A DNA stretch of 64,000 bases from Candidatus Omnitrophota bacterium (GTDB lineage Bacteria > Omnitrophota > Gorgyraeia > Duberdicusellales > 4484-171). The notes beneath the pieces are model-generated. The model made no database searches. It saw nothing but the letters and a program-made list of their open reading frames with translations, and was not told the DNA's origin. A program made the position numbers and the translations under genes. Location: the NCBI GenBank assembly GCA_024231025.1, contig JAAEQW010000111.1:11055-75054 (forward strand), in the 5' to 3' direction. The stretch's first letter is position 1, and each line of letters starts with the position of its first letter. Of the stretch, positions 9,785 through 19,414 are shown piece after piece.

Positions 9785-10511
9785 CGGTAATCTTTCTACA
9801 AAACCAAACCACAGGGTCCAAAATTGCCTTAGCAGTTTTTTTCGCCCATTCTTGGCGTCTTATATAATCAGCGATATCCGGACTAAATTCATAATACAAT
9901 TCAACAAAATCACGCCCGACCTTGTTAGTTAATAGGTAATCATCCCTAAACTTGCGTAATATCTGCAGCTGTCTGCAGTTGCAATTTTCTTCATAACAGT
10001 AAGTAGCGGTAGCAATAAAACACCACCCATAACTAGGGTGAAAGATTTTGCGTCGAGCATAACCGGCGCCCTCTCCGGTAGGACCACTCCCCCAACCTGT
10101 ACTATCAGAAGAGCCAAGCAATAAGCGCTCTTCTCTGCTTCCTTGAAGCAATATAACTTCACTGGCAGTTGCCGGATCTATTTCGCTAAATCCACGCGGA
10201 GCATAAAAAGTCATAGTGTCAGGAGCGGTATTAAGATCCACGCCAAGGTTACGAAAAGGCCGAACCATATTGCCTGTTCCATCGGTTATCGAATATCTAT
10301 TATTACTAGTATCGAAATTAACTATGTAATCCTTGCGCTTAGCTGTTGCCATCTCTCCCGCCCACCAAAGATCAGCTAAAAGCGTGTTGGTTTCAGCCTT
10401 AAGGCGTCTGCTATCAACCAAAGAAAAAGACACAACTGCCCCACCGCTGATTATAGCAACGATTGCCATAACAACGATTAATTCAATTAATGTAACCCCT
10501 TTTTTATTCAT
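9777..10511 (-). CDS. Prepilin-type minor pilin with C-terminal Cys-rich CFIATA..Y...LR.FRD.YLL domain
   Basis: N-terminus MNKKG/VTLIELIVVMAIVAI. The C-terminal ~80 aa read CFIATATYCYEENCNCRQLQILRKFRDDYLLTNKVGRDFVELYYEFSPDIADYI. Confidence 0.6.
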   Translation of the reverse strand: MNKKGVTLIELIVVMAIVAIISGGAVVSFSLVDSRRLKAETNTLLADLWWAGEMATAKRKDYIVNFDTSNNRYSITDGTGNMVRPFRNLGVDLNTAPDTMTFYAPRGFSEIDPATASEVILLQGSREERLLLGSSDSTGWGSGPTGEGAGYARRKIFHPSYGWCFIATATYCYEENCNCRQLQILRKFRDDYLLTNKVGRDFVELYYEFSPDIADYIRRQEWAKKTAKAILDPVVWFCRKITGE

Positions 10512-10596
10512 ACCCCCCTATTAAATAGTAACCTAAAAACAAGCAATTTGCAACCGATCAAAAGTTATAACCAACATAAATACAGTTAGTTGCGTA

Positions 10597-11370
10597 CTAT
10601 TTTGCTGTTTTGGTCTTCTTAAATCTTCGAGACAGCTCTTCTTTAATTAAGTCAAATCCAAAAATTCCTCCTAGCCCGCCCCAAAATAATGTAGTCAAAA
10701 CACGATCGCAAACCGCTACAGAAATAGCTACCCCCGAATCAATACCGGCACTTTTCAGCAACAACACCATGCCGGTCTCTTTAAACCCTAATCCGGCAGG
10801 AGCCGGAGAAAGATAACCAAGAGTAAAAGAAACTGCTATGATTTTGATTGTTTCCAAAAAACCCAAAGAAAAATCAAAAAAATTGAAAAGATGGTAATAA
10901 TAAAATACAAAAAACAATGCACTAAACGCAACTAATGGAACAACCAGCGCAACTTGGCTCCCAATGTTTTTAAAATAATTCAACACATTCTTAAAAGAGT
11001 TAATGGACTTCCTCTTAATCCATAGGGCAATAGCAACAAATAGCAAAGCCACAATCAAAACAAGCGGCACCTTTACAGCCAGTTTTGCGCCAAAATATAA
11101 TCCTAAAATTAACCAAAGTGAAGCCGAAAGAATTTCTAAAATAAAAAACGCCCCCAAAGCCTTAAATGAAGGTAGGTTTTTGTTCCTAGAAAAATAACTA
11201 CCTGCCAAAAAGCCTGACCCGGTAAAAAAAACTTTATTTAATGCAGTAGCCGTGCAAGTTAATCTATATGCTTCTTTCATTTTAATCTCTCTGCTCACCA
11301 AGAGATAAAAAATAAACGCGTTAATTAACGATATCAAGATAAGACTTTTTATCGCAAAAACTATTTCCAT
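10597..11370 (-). CDS. Polytopic membrane protein, flippase-like (UPF0104/LPG-synthase-TM-like?)
   Basis: About 8 hydrophobic helices. Assignment is by position at the head of the glycan cluster and weak resemblance to flippase-like domains. Confidence 0.3.
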   Translation of the reverse strand: MEIVFAIKSLILISLINAFIFYLLVSREIKMKEAYRLTCTATALNKVFFTGSGFLAGSYFSRNKNLPSFKALGAFFILEILSASLWLILGLYFGAKLAVKVPLVLIVALLFVAIALWIKRKSINSFKNVLNYFKNIGSQVALVVPLVAFSALFFVFYYYHLFNFFDFSLGFLETIKIIAVSFTLGYLSPAPAGLGFKETGMVLLLKSAGIDSGVAISVAVCDRVLTTLFWGGLGGIFGFDLIKEELSRRFKKTKTAK

Positions 11371-12455
11371 GATAAAGACTCCAAATAATCTGCTATTTCG
11401 CGTGATGGAGATACTGCTCCATCAAGATTTGTTTTTCTGTGCATTGTTTGGTAGTTTTGTAAAAAACTATCTATCGCTTTGTTAGAAATTTCAGAAAGCA
11501 TAACGTTTTCGCCTAAACCCTCAATCCGCTCGGTACATTTACGCAGCAATATGCAAGGTTTATCAAGATAATACGCTTCCTCTTGAATGCTGCCCCCATC
11601 AGTGATAATAAACTCAGATTTATTAAGCAAATTTACAAAATGAGCGTGCGAAACTATTTTAAAAAAATAAACATTTTCAATTTCGGCTAGTTGTTCATCC
11701 AGTTTAAACTTTTTTAAACGGTTTATTGTCGGAGGATGCCTAACAAACACAACCGCTCGCTTCGCTGCTATTCTTTTTACCAAATCAATTACAAATTGTA
11801 ATTTTCTCTTAGAAAAAATATTCTCCATTCTATGAACAGTAATCAAGGCAAACTTATCAACTTTAACTCCTAGATCCACTTGCTTTTTAAGACTGTACTG
11901 CAACGATTCATACGAAGTATTACCACCGGTCCTTACAACCTTTTTATCAAGTTTCATTTTTTCTAAATTTTTTGCTGCCCATTCGCAAGGGGCAAAAAGA
12001 ACATCGGAAAATTTCATAGCAATAATACGCGTTATCTCTTCAGGAAACGGTTCAAAGCAATTATAGGAACGAAGCCCCGCTTCCACATGGGCAACTTTTA
12101 TCCCGACACGTTTAGCAAGATACAAAGCAAGAAGGGTTGAAACCGTATCGCCATGGATAAGGCAAATTCCTTTTTGACTGCGAAATACTTTTTCCTTAAC
12201 CCAACGGGAATTTAATCCTTTTAAAAATATTTTAGCAATCCAAAATATTCCTTGAAACAATTTGGAAATGTTCACTCCATTCGAAAGACAAACATCAGGA
12301 TCTTTTAAATTAAATTCTTCCCGCAGATTAGAAGTAAGCAAGGCATGCTGGCCCAAATCAATTAAATTAAACTCCACCCCTCTGGATGTGAGCTCCTGCA
12401 TAATCGGTGCCATTTTAATAAATTGCGCTTTGGTTCCAATTGCAATATGAATCAT
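11361..12455 (-). CDS. UDP-N-acetylglucosamine 2-epimerase-like (WecB family)
   Basis: N-terminal IGTKAQFIKMAPI and the HVEAGLRS motif characteristic of non-hydrolysing UDP-GlcNAc 2-epimerases. Confidence 0.7.
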   Translation of the reverse strand: MIHIAIGTKAQFIKMAPIMQELTSRGVEFNLIDLGQHALLTSNLREEFNLKDPDVCLSNGVNISKLFQGIFWIAKIFLKGLNSRWVKEKVFRSQKGICLIHGDTVSTLLALYLAKRVGIKVAHVEAGLRSYNCFEPFPEEITRIIAMKFSDVLFAPCEWAAKNLEKMKLDKKVVRTGGNTSYESLQYSLKKQVDLGVKVDKFALITVHRMENIFSKRKLQFVIDLVKRIAAKRAVVFVRHPPTINRLKKFKLDEQLAEIENVYFFKIVSHAHFVNLLNKSEFIITDGGSIQEEAYYLDKPCILLRKCTERIEGLGENVMLSEISNKAIDSFLQNYQTMHRKTNLDGAVSPSREIADYLESLSWK

Positions 12456-12570
12456 AGTAAATCCGCCTTTAGATAACTCTCTTTTGATTTAAAAAAACCT
12501 AACTTTTTTTCTTAAAAAGAATAACACCGACATCCAACGAAGTAAACGGTGCCGGACCAAACTGTTTAAC

Positions 12571-12628
12571 CGTAATATCGGGGTCAGACCTTGAAATGAA
12601 CGGAATATCGGGGTCAGACCTTGAAATG
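12571..12628. repeat. Tandem direct repeat, 2 x ~30 bp (aatatcggggtcagaccttgaaatg); second copy is the left inverted repeat of the IS200-like element
   Basis: Read directly in the sequence: identical 25-mers at 12574-12598 and 12604-12628. Confidence 0.9.
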
Positions 12629-13558
12629 TGAAATGAGTTTATCAACATCTTTTTTTACCCGCTTTTCCTTCGCTATAATTATCTGCATGCTCTTGTCAAT
12701 CTTACTAACTGCAGAATAGCTTATGCCAAAAATATCACCAATGGCCTTATTGGTTAAACCACTGTGTCTTTTTAATAAGTATACTGCTACTTTTTTCGCC
12801 AACAACGGCTTTTTAACGGCTTTAAACAATTTGTCTGGTTCTGTTTTATAAACTTTTGCTATGGCTAAGATTATCTCACTAAAATCAACATAACAAAGTA
12901 TCTTTTTATGAGCAAAATCACCTGACTCTATCTCCGGTTTAAAATCCTTTAGTTTATCTAGAATAAACTTTTTACCTCCCAAGAATGATCCGGCATATAT
13001 ATTATCCATAAATGTATCTTTTTTGCCTATTGAACTTAGAATAAACTTTTTATAAGCAGCAGGTTTCATATTTAAATAGCGGTTCAATTCAGGATAATCA
13101 ATATATTTATCGTAACCAAGCTTTGTATAGCCTTTGAAGCTCGACCAGCGGTATTTTTCAGGGCTGTCTACCATTTTAGCCTTTACAGGGTTAAGATGAA
13201 TATAACGTGTGAGCTTTAAAAAATAGCTGTCTTCATCAACCAACAATGATTTAAATCTCCCTTGGAATAGATGACCCGTCTTATTACGTTTCTTATTGTA
13301 ATAAGTAGTATAGGATGTGTTAACATACTGCATTATTCTTGATAAATTAGGTTGCAGTATTTCAAGAAACAGATGATAGTGATTCGACATCAAACAATAT
13401 GCGTAAAGGTTGAATTGGTACTTATCCTTAGCAATAAGCAGATACTCTAAGAACTTTTCAAAGTCATACGTACTAATGAATATTTTCTTGCAGTTATCTC
13501 CCCGACTGGTTATATGGTAGAAACAATTTTCTGCTTGTAAGCGGTAAGGTCTGGCCAT
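12614..13558 (-). CDS. Y1 (HUH) tyrosine transposase-like protein, IS200/RAYT family, with C-terminal DnaA-C-like HTH domain
   Basis: FYHITSRGDNCKKIF (YHV.SRG motif), SNHYHLFLE (HuH) and LTRYIHLNPVKA (catalytic Tyr region). The C-terminus LTNKAIGDIFGISYSAVSK resembles the DnaA C-terminal HTH. The stop codon lies inside the inverted repeat. Confidence 0.75.
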   Translation of the reverse strand: MARPYRLQAENCFYHITSRGDNCKKIFISTYDFEKFLEYLLIAKDKYQFNLYAYCLMSNHYHLFLEILQPNLSRIMQYVNTSYTTYYNKKRNKTGHLFQGRFKSLLVDEDSYFLKLTRYIHLNPVKAKMVDSPEKYRWSSFKGYTKLGYDKYIDYPELNRYLNMKPAAYKKFILSSIGKKDTFMDNIYAGSFLGGKKFILDKLKDFKPEIESGDFAHKKILCYVDFSEIILAIAKVYKTEPDKLFKAVKKPLLAKKVAVYLLKRHSGLTNKAIGDIFGISYSAVSKIDKSMQIIIAKEKRVKKDVDKLISHFKV

Positions 13559-13567
13559 GAAACTATT

Positions 13568-13627
13568 TTAATATGGGTGAGGGGAAAGTCAAACCATTTC
13601 ACATTTCAAGGTCTGACCCTGTTATTG
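13568..13627. repeat. 60-bp direct repeat copy A (right end of IS; left boundary of acyltransferase cassette)
   Basis: About 57/60 identical to 16206-16265. Confidence 0.85.
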
Positions 13628-13701
13628 TTAAAAACTCATCATCTTTTTATGATATAATTAGTTTAAATTAATTTATTAACCGTTACTACTTCTTATTTAA
13701 T

Positions 13702-15177
13702 ATGCTATTTAACACTTTTCAATTTGCCCTATTTTTCATTATTGTTTATAGCCTCTACCTAAAATCGAATCATCGTTGGCAAAACGCAATCCTTCTTGTT
13801 GCCAGTTATATCTTCTACGGGTCCTGGGACTGGCGCTTTTTATCGTTAATTGTCTTATCAACTATTCTTGACTTTTATTGTGGAGCAAAAATATACAATT
13901 CCCCACAACAGTCAAAACGAAAAACGTTTTTAATCTTAAGTATTTTTGGTAATTTAACTATTCTTGGATTTTTTAAGTATTTCAACTTTTTTGCATCAAA
14001 TTTACAAACTCTACTCTATCATTTTAACGTTGCCATCCAACCACGGTTTTTAAATATACTTCTTCCTGTGGGAATATCGTTTTATACATTTCAAACAATG
14101 AGTTATACAATTGATATCTACCGCAAGAAGCTTGAGCCAACAACAAAGTTTTTTGATTTTGCTTTATTTGTTGCATTCTTCCCGCAACTTGTTGCTGGTC
14201 CTATTGAACGGGCTAAACATCTTCTGCCACAAATACTTTCACCGCGAAAAGTAACTTTAGATAAATTTTATCAAGGCCTTTACTTGATATTCTGGGGACT
14301 GTTTATGAAAACTTTTGTCGCTGATAACTTAGCTCAAATAGTTGACCCAGTTTTCACCTCATCCGTCCGTTTAACCGGAATAAGAGTTCTCTTTGCTTTA
14401 TACGCTTTTGCCTTTCAGATTTTCTGTGACTTTGCCGGATATTCAAATATTGCCCGCGGTTTAGGTAAAGTCATGGGCTTTGATATCATGGTTAACTTTA
14501 ATTTGCCTTACCTTGCAACTAACCCAAGGGAATTTTGGCAGCGTTGGCATATAAGTTTATCAACCTGGTTAAAAGATTATCTTTACATTCCTCTTGGCGG
14601 CAGTAAAGGTAGTAAATTAAAAACATATCGCAACTTAATAATTACTATGCTGCTCGGCGGCCTCTGGCACGGAGCAGCTTGGACATTTATTCTTTGGGGA
14701 GCTTACCAAGGAACAATTCTTATAATTCACCGGTTATTTAGCCCTTTACTAGCAAAAATACCACAACCAAAAAGTGCATTAGCACAAAAAGCCTGGTTTG
14801 CTTTACGCGTTGTCTTTTTCTTTCATGTAACATGTTTAGGCTGGTTAATTTTCCGTGCCGAATCATTAGCACAAATAGGACAAATGATTCATGCTTTAGT
14901 ATTTAGTTTTCAACTAATGCCACCAATAGCAGCACAATTGACCCCATCAGCATATCTTTTTGCTATTGTCTTCTGGCTAAAGATCCACATCAAAGATCTA
15001 CCTTTCCACACCGCTGTTCTCTTAATTATTCAGTGGTATCAATATAAGAAAAATGATTTACTAGCAGTATTTAACTCTAGTACTTTTATTAAAGTTATTT
15101 TTTACTACACATGTTTTCTATCGATATTCTTTTTTGGCGTAGCAAAAAAAATACAGTTTATTTATTTTCAATTTTAA
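13702..15177 (+). CDS. MBOAT-family membrane-bound O-acyltransferase (AlgI/DltB-like)
   Basis: Polytopic protein with FWQRWHISLSTWLKDYLYIPLGGS, the MBOAT signature with the catalytic His. Confidence 0.85.
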   Translation: MLFNTFQFALFFIIVYSLYLKSNHRWQNAILLVASYIFYGSWDWRFLSLIVLSTILDFYCGAKIYNSPQQSKRKTFLILSIFGNLTILGFFKYFNFFASNLQTLLYHFNVAIQPRFLNILLPVGISFYTFQTMSYTIDIYRKKLEPTTKFFDFALFVAFFPQLVAGPIERAKHLLPQILSPRKVTLDKFYQGLYLIFWGLFMKTFVADNLAQIVDPVFTSSVRLTGIRVLFALYAFAFQIFCDFAGYSNIARGLGKVMGFDIMVNFNLPYLATNPREFWQRWHISLSTWLKDYLYIPLGGSKGSKLKTYRNLIITMLLGGLWHGAAWTFILWGAYQGTILIIHRLFSPLLAKIPQPKSALAQKAWFALRVVFFFHVTCLGWLIFRAESLAQIGQMIHALVFSFQLMPPIAAQLTPSAYLFAIVFWLKIHIKDLPFHTAVLLIIQWYQYKKNDLLAVFNSSTFIKVIFYYTCFLSIFFFGVAKKIQFIYFQF

Positions 15178-15180
15178 GTT

Positions 15181-16137
15181 ATGAAATTATTCAGAAAACT
15201 CATTAAACCGATCGCCATTTACCTTCTACCAACGATTGCAATAATTACATTTTTTGAAGTCGGTTTAAGAAAAGTTTTAAACACATACAATAAACGAAAA
15301 ATCGTCTTTGAAAAAAATATCGCTGATTACCAAATTCTTGTTCTCGGCAGTTCCCACGCTTTCCGCGGCATTAACCCAGCGCTGTTTAGACATAAAGGAT
15401 TTAACCTTGCTAATGCCAGCCAAACTTTATACTACGACTTAGAAATAGTAAAAAAATATATTGATAGAATGCCTGCCCTAAAGATGGTTTTAATCAATGT
15501 TGACTTTCTTTCCTTTGAGTTTGATTTAGATAAATCACAAGAATACTGGCGCTGTTTTTTCTATGAAAAACATCTTAACATCCCTCTTGAAAGCAACAAC
15601 CATCGCTTTGATATTAAACGATTTAGCCTTGCTGATATGTACGGAAGGAAAAGAAGCTTGGGATTTTTCCTTAAGGGATTTAATGTTGATTTAGCCAAAT
15701 CTGTTGCTGATGACGGGTTTATGGCAAAAGACATCACGCATAATGACAGAAATTTAATTAGTACCTTTTCCGGCAAGAAACGTGCTGATTATCATCGTCA
15801 ATTTTGTCTCGGTATCACTGACCCTTCAGAAAACATCGCTTACTTAGAAGAGCTTATTAAATTACTAAAAGACCACGACGTCACCCCGGTAATAATGACA
15901 ATTCCAACCTTTATAACTTATTATCAAAATTTTAGCGAAGGAGAACGGGCATTTATCACAAATACCGCCAAGGCAATAGGAAAAAAATATTCAGTAAACT
16001 ACTTTGACTATTTAAAAGACCCTCGCTTTATTATTAGTGATTTTTATGATAATGATCACTTATGTCATCACGGTGCAAATAAATTCAGCAGAATTATCAA
16101 TCAAGAAATCCTAATCCCTCTTTTCAGGAAAGAATAA
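15181..16137 (+). CDS. DltD/AlgJ-like partner protein of the MBOAT (SGNH-like)
   Basis: Signal anchor, then VLGSSHAF. Start is translationally coupled to the MBOAT stop (4 nt apart). Confidence 0.4.
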   Translation: MKLFRKLIKPIAIYLLPTIAIITFFEVGLRKVLNTYNKRKIVFEKNIADYQILVLGSSHAFRGINPALFRHKGFNLANASQTLYYDLEIVKKYIDRMPALKMVLINVDFLSFEFDLDKSQEYWRCFFYEKHLNIPLESNNHRFDIKRFSLADMYGRKRSLGFFLKGFNVDLAKSVADDGFMAKDITHNDRNLISTFSGKKRADYHRQFCLGITDPSENIAYLEELIKLLKDHDVTPVIMTIPTFITYYQNFSEGERAFITNTAKAIGKKYSVNYFDYLKDPRFIISDFYDNDHLCHHGANKFSRIINQEILIPLFRKE

Positions 16138-16180
16138 AATCTATTTATAACTTCCTGAAACACTTTCCATGGCGGAGAAA

Positions 16181-16265
16181 TATCGAGGTCAGACCTCAGA
16201 AATACTCTAATATGGGTAAGGAGAAAGTCAAACCATTTCACATTTCAAGGTCTGACCCTGTTATT
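16181..16265. repeat. REP-like hairpin plus 60-bp direct repeat copy B
   Basis: ggtcagacctcagaaat (16186-16202) pairs with atttcaaggtctgacc (16240-16255). 16206-16265 repeats 13568-13627. Confidence 0.85.
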
Positions 16266-16984
16266 GGTTTTCTGGCCTCAATATATAGAGAACCGGATAT
16301 TTCGCGTATCAAAGGAATTGATTCCAAGCAATAACCGACTTTTTTCATAAATGGAACTAAAATTTTCGGGATACTGGGGTGTAAGAAATCAAAGTTCTTA
16401 ATCTTAATACTCTTAAAACCATGTTGCTTAAGTTTATCAAGCAACTTCCAGCGAATGAAAGCTGTTTCATCAGGGGAACTATGTGCCATTTTCTTAATAA
16501 ATGGAACATTTTTTTCTACCGCAATTTGAGGATTAAGCATATTTGGTTCAGCAAAAAAGATTGCCCCATCCGGTTTTAGTACCCGATAAAATTCCTCTAA
16601 TGCAGCATCGAGATTTAAATGATGCAATACTGAATTGCCGACAACCACATCAAAAGTAGCACTATTTAAGGCGCTTTTATAGGCATTGCTGCAAACAAAA
16701 TTAATATTATCACATGCATTATTTTCTTTAGCAATTTTAAGCAACTCTAAAGAAATATCTATCGCAATAATTTCTGCCTGTTTTTCTTTAAGCTCCGAAG
16801 CAAGCGAAGATTCTCCGCATCCAACCTCAAGAACCAACGCATTATTTCCTATTCCAAAGGCAAGCATAGACGCTCTTCTCCTCCAACGCTCCTTGCCGGC
16901 TGGCGTCTGCCAATACCAAATCCTATCGGCCGTAGCAGCTAACTTTTTGCCATGGACCATTTCATTGCGAATTCGTTGATCCAT
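16238..16984 (-). CDS. Class I SAM-dependent methyltransferase
   Basis: LEVGCGESSLASEL (motif I) and VVVGNSVLHHL. The last 8 codons and the stop come from the REP-like repeat. Confidence 0.75.
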   Translation of the reverse strand: MDQRIRNEMVHGKKLAATADRIWYWQTPAGKERWRRRASMLAFGIGNNALVLEVGCGESSLASELKEKQAEIIAIDISLELLKIAKENNACDNINFVCSNAYKSALNSATFDVVVGNSVLHHLNLDAALEEFYRVLKPDGAIFFAEPNMLNPQIAVEKNVPFIKKMAHSSPDETAFIRWKLLDKLKQHGFKSIKIKNFDFLHPSIPKILVPFMKKVGYCLESIPLIREISGSLYIEARKPITGSDLEM

Positions 16985-16992
16985 ACTTCTCC

Positions 16993-18081
16993 TTAGCCGT
17001 CAATATTAACCCTGGAAATTTCATCCATAATTTTAAAAATATCATAACTATAATCCCACTGCGGAAAATGCGCCTTAAACTTATCAACATTTGAGATATA
17101 CCAAATATGATCGCCCCTGCGAGCTTGGTTAGAATAGGTCACATTCGCTTTTTTATTAAATGCCTTTTCAAAATAAGCAATCGCCTCATTCATTGAAACA
17201 TTCGAATGCCGGCTTCCACCAATATTATAGACTTCACCACAACGCGGTTTATTGTAGAAATGCCAAAAAGCATTGACGCAATCAAAAGAATGAATGTTGT
17301 CTCTTACTTGCTTGGCTTTATAACCAAAGATGTTATATTTTTTAGAAGTAGCAATGCACTTAGCCAAATAAGCAAGAAAACCATGCAATTGCGCCCCTTG
17401 ATGGGTTGGACCAGTAAGACAACCCCCTCTAAAGGATGCTGTTTTAAGATTAAAATACTTACCGTATTCCTGAACTAAAATATCCGCCGCGAGTTTTGAC
17501 GCGCCAAATAAACTATGCAGACAATTGTCAACATCCATGCCCTCATCGACTCCGCAGTAAAAAGGATGCTCCTTACTTAGCTCCCAACGAGTCTCTAGTT
17601 CATCAAAGGCAAGCTGATTAGGTCGATCACCATAAACCTTATTAGTAGAAGTAAATATAAATACTGCCTGAGGGCAATAATTACGAAAGCTCTCTAGCAA
17701 ATTCAAAGTTCCATTAGCATTAATTTCAAAATCAGTAAACGGTTCACGCGCCGCCCAATCATGTGATGGTTGCGAGGCGGTATGAATTATAAGTTCAAAA
17801 TTGTTTTCTCTAAAAATCCGATCGATCGCCTCTTTGTTACGAATATCAATGTCTAAATGGTAGTATTTATCTTTATATTTTTTGCTTAAGTATTCCTGAT
17901 TCGGTCTTGTGCTAGCCTCAGAACCAAAAAAATATGCCCGCATATCATTATCAATACCAATTACTTTAAAATCCCTCTCGATGAAAAATTCTACAGCACT
18001 AGAACCAATAAGTCCTGCCGAGCCAGTAATTAACGCAACCTTCTTATTCATTAATGAATTTAATTTTCCACAGTGCCTCAC
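16993..18081 (-). CDS. NAD-dependent sugar epimerase/dehydratase (extended SDR); likely start at [10 protein letters not shown] (~18051)
   Basis: Rossmann motif [10 protein letters not shown] and an SDR-like body. Confidence 0.75.
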   Translation of the reverse strand: MRHCGKLNSLMNKKVALITGSAGLIGSSAVEFFIERDFKVIGIDNDMRAYFFGSEASTRPNQEYLSKKYKDKYYHLDIDIRNKEAIDRIFRENNFELIIHTASQPSHDWAAREPFTDFEINANGTLNLLESFRNYCPQAVFIFTSTNKVYGDRPNQLAFDELETRWELSKEHPFYCGVDEGMDVDNCLHSLFGASKLAADILVQEYGKYFNLKTASFRGGCLTGPTHQGAQLHGFLAYLAKCIATSKKYNIFGYKAKQVRDNIHSFDCVNAFWHFYNKPRCGEVYNIGGSRHSNVSMNEAIAYFEKAFNKKANVTYSNQARRGDHIWYISNVDKFKAHFPQWDYSYDIFKIMDEISRVNIDG

Positions 18082-19399
18082 AGGCGACCCTAAACATTAC
18101 TAAACCATTTCTTATTCGCTTATTCATTTTGGTAACTCCTTGCAGTCGCTCAAAATACCTTACCGGTAATTGAGCAATTTTTAAACCATAGCGAGACGCA
18201 CCAAAAATTAAATTATAATCACCCCAAAGATCACGATCACCAAGAATAAGTCTAGTTTCTTCAAAAAGCGGCCAATCGCTTCGCCAAAAAGCCTTAGTTC
18301 CACATAGTGTATCAGTCATGCGTTGATCCACAATGTAAGAAAAAATAGCTGAAAAAAACATATTACCGATAATATTAGCAAACCTAAAAGCTCCCGACTC
18401 ATAACGATAAACAAATCGTGTCCCATGGACAAAATCGGCACGATGACTTTTTAAGGCTTCATAAAATTGCGGAAGGTCCTCAGGAATAACCGTTAAATCG
18501 GCATCCAAGATCATACAGATATCACCACAGGCATGCTTAACGCCTTCGGCAACCGCTGCTTTTTTGCCATTGCCCGCGCCATGGACTAAAGTGATACTCC
18601 TTTGCGACGTTGCCTGCACATCAATTATTTTCTTTTCAGTTCCATCACTGCTTTTATCATTAATAAATACTATCTCAAGATGCGACGAAAAATCTGGCAT
18701 CCGCTCAACTATCGCGGCAATATTGCCTTCTTCGTTCTTGCATGGCACTAAAACCGAAACGCTATGCTCTCTTGTTTCCTTAATATGGGATTTGCGAGCA
18801 ACAAAAAAAGTATTCAATGCTAATATATTTAATATCGGCAATCTAACCAACAAATTATCAAAAAAAATACTAAGGATCGGCACTCTAATTGGTAACATAT
18901 ACCGCCTAATCCTCTTAACATTTTCCCATCCAGCAATTTGAAAAAAATCATCTAAATCTTTATCGCGATAAAAATCACCGAATTTTCTGTTACGAGAAAA
19001 TCCCAGCAAACCTGATAAACGAAACAAAAAAGTCAACTTCCAATTATAATTTAAGTAAATGATTTTAGCCCGGTTAGGCAATTTGATATGCAGTTTATTA
19101 AGAAAATCAACTATGTCATAGATATCAGCGATAGTATCGCAGATACAAATATAATTTAACGAAGAAAGATCACAATCATCGCTATTAAGTTTTTCGCAAA
19201 AACCAGCAACGTCTTGTGGTGTTTTTAGCCATAATTGATTTTGCGGTTTTGAATGCGACGGAATAATCGATTTGTAAAAATCAACAACTCTACTGCGCCA
19301 ACCCTTACTCAGTAGTCCATCCTTTATGTCGGGATCCAACAAGACCCTCTGATCAGATTTAGGATTCTCTAAAATAGATCGTTTTTTTTCTTTAGTCAT
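18044..19399 (-). CDS. Family 2 glycosyltransferase with ~200-aa N-terminal extension
   Basis: [21 protein letters not shown]...LDADLT is a GT2 DxD-type core. Confidence 0.7.
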   Translation of the reverse strand: MTKEKKRSILENPKSDQRVLLDPDIKDGLLSKGWRSRVVDFYKSIIPSHSKPQNQLWLKTPQDVAGFCEKLNSDDCDLSSLNYICICDTIADIYDIVDFLNKLHIKLPNRAKIIYLNYNWKLTFLFRLSGLLGFSRNRKFGDFYRDKDLDDFFQIAGWENVKRIRRYMLPIRVPILSIFFDNLLVRLPILNILALNTFFVARKSHIKETREHSVSVLVPCKNEEGNIAAIVERMPDFSSHLEIVFINDKSSDGTEKKIIDVQATSQRSITLVHGAGNGKKAAVAEGVKHACGDICMILDADLTVIPEDLPQFYEALKSHRADFVHGTRFVYRYESGAFRFANIIGNMFFSAIFSYIVDQRMTDTLCGTKAFWRSDWPLFEETRLILGDRDLWGDYNLIFGASRYGLKIAQLPVRYFERLQGVTKMNKRIRNGLVMFRVACEALWKIKFINE

Positions 19400-19414
19400 G
19401 CTCTTTTTCTAAAC

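Larger units (their letters stand above)
12604..13627 (-). mobile_element. IS200/IS605-like (Y1 HUH) element with REP-like terminal inverted repeats
   Basis: gggtcagaccttgaaatgtgaaatg (12610-12634) is the reverse complement of catttcacatttcaaggtctgaccc (13596-13620). The repeats flank a Y1 transposase-like gene. Confidence 0.7.

Noticed and set aside
12571-12628. Possible CRISPR array (tandem 30-bp repeats)
   Set aside because: Only two copies are present. There are no unique spacers and no cas genes. The unit is the terminal inverted repeat of the adjacent IS200-like element.
16993-18081. Possible Tyr-to-Phe substitution in the SDR catalytic YxxxK motif (SLFGASK) of the epimerase/dehydratase
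   Set aside because: I cannot align the catalytic triad reliably by eye. The true YxxxK may lie elsewhere, so the call needs a structure-based alignment.
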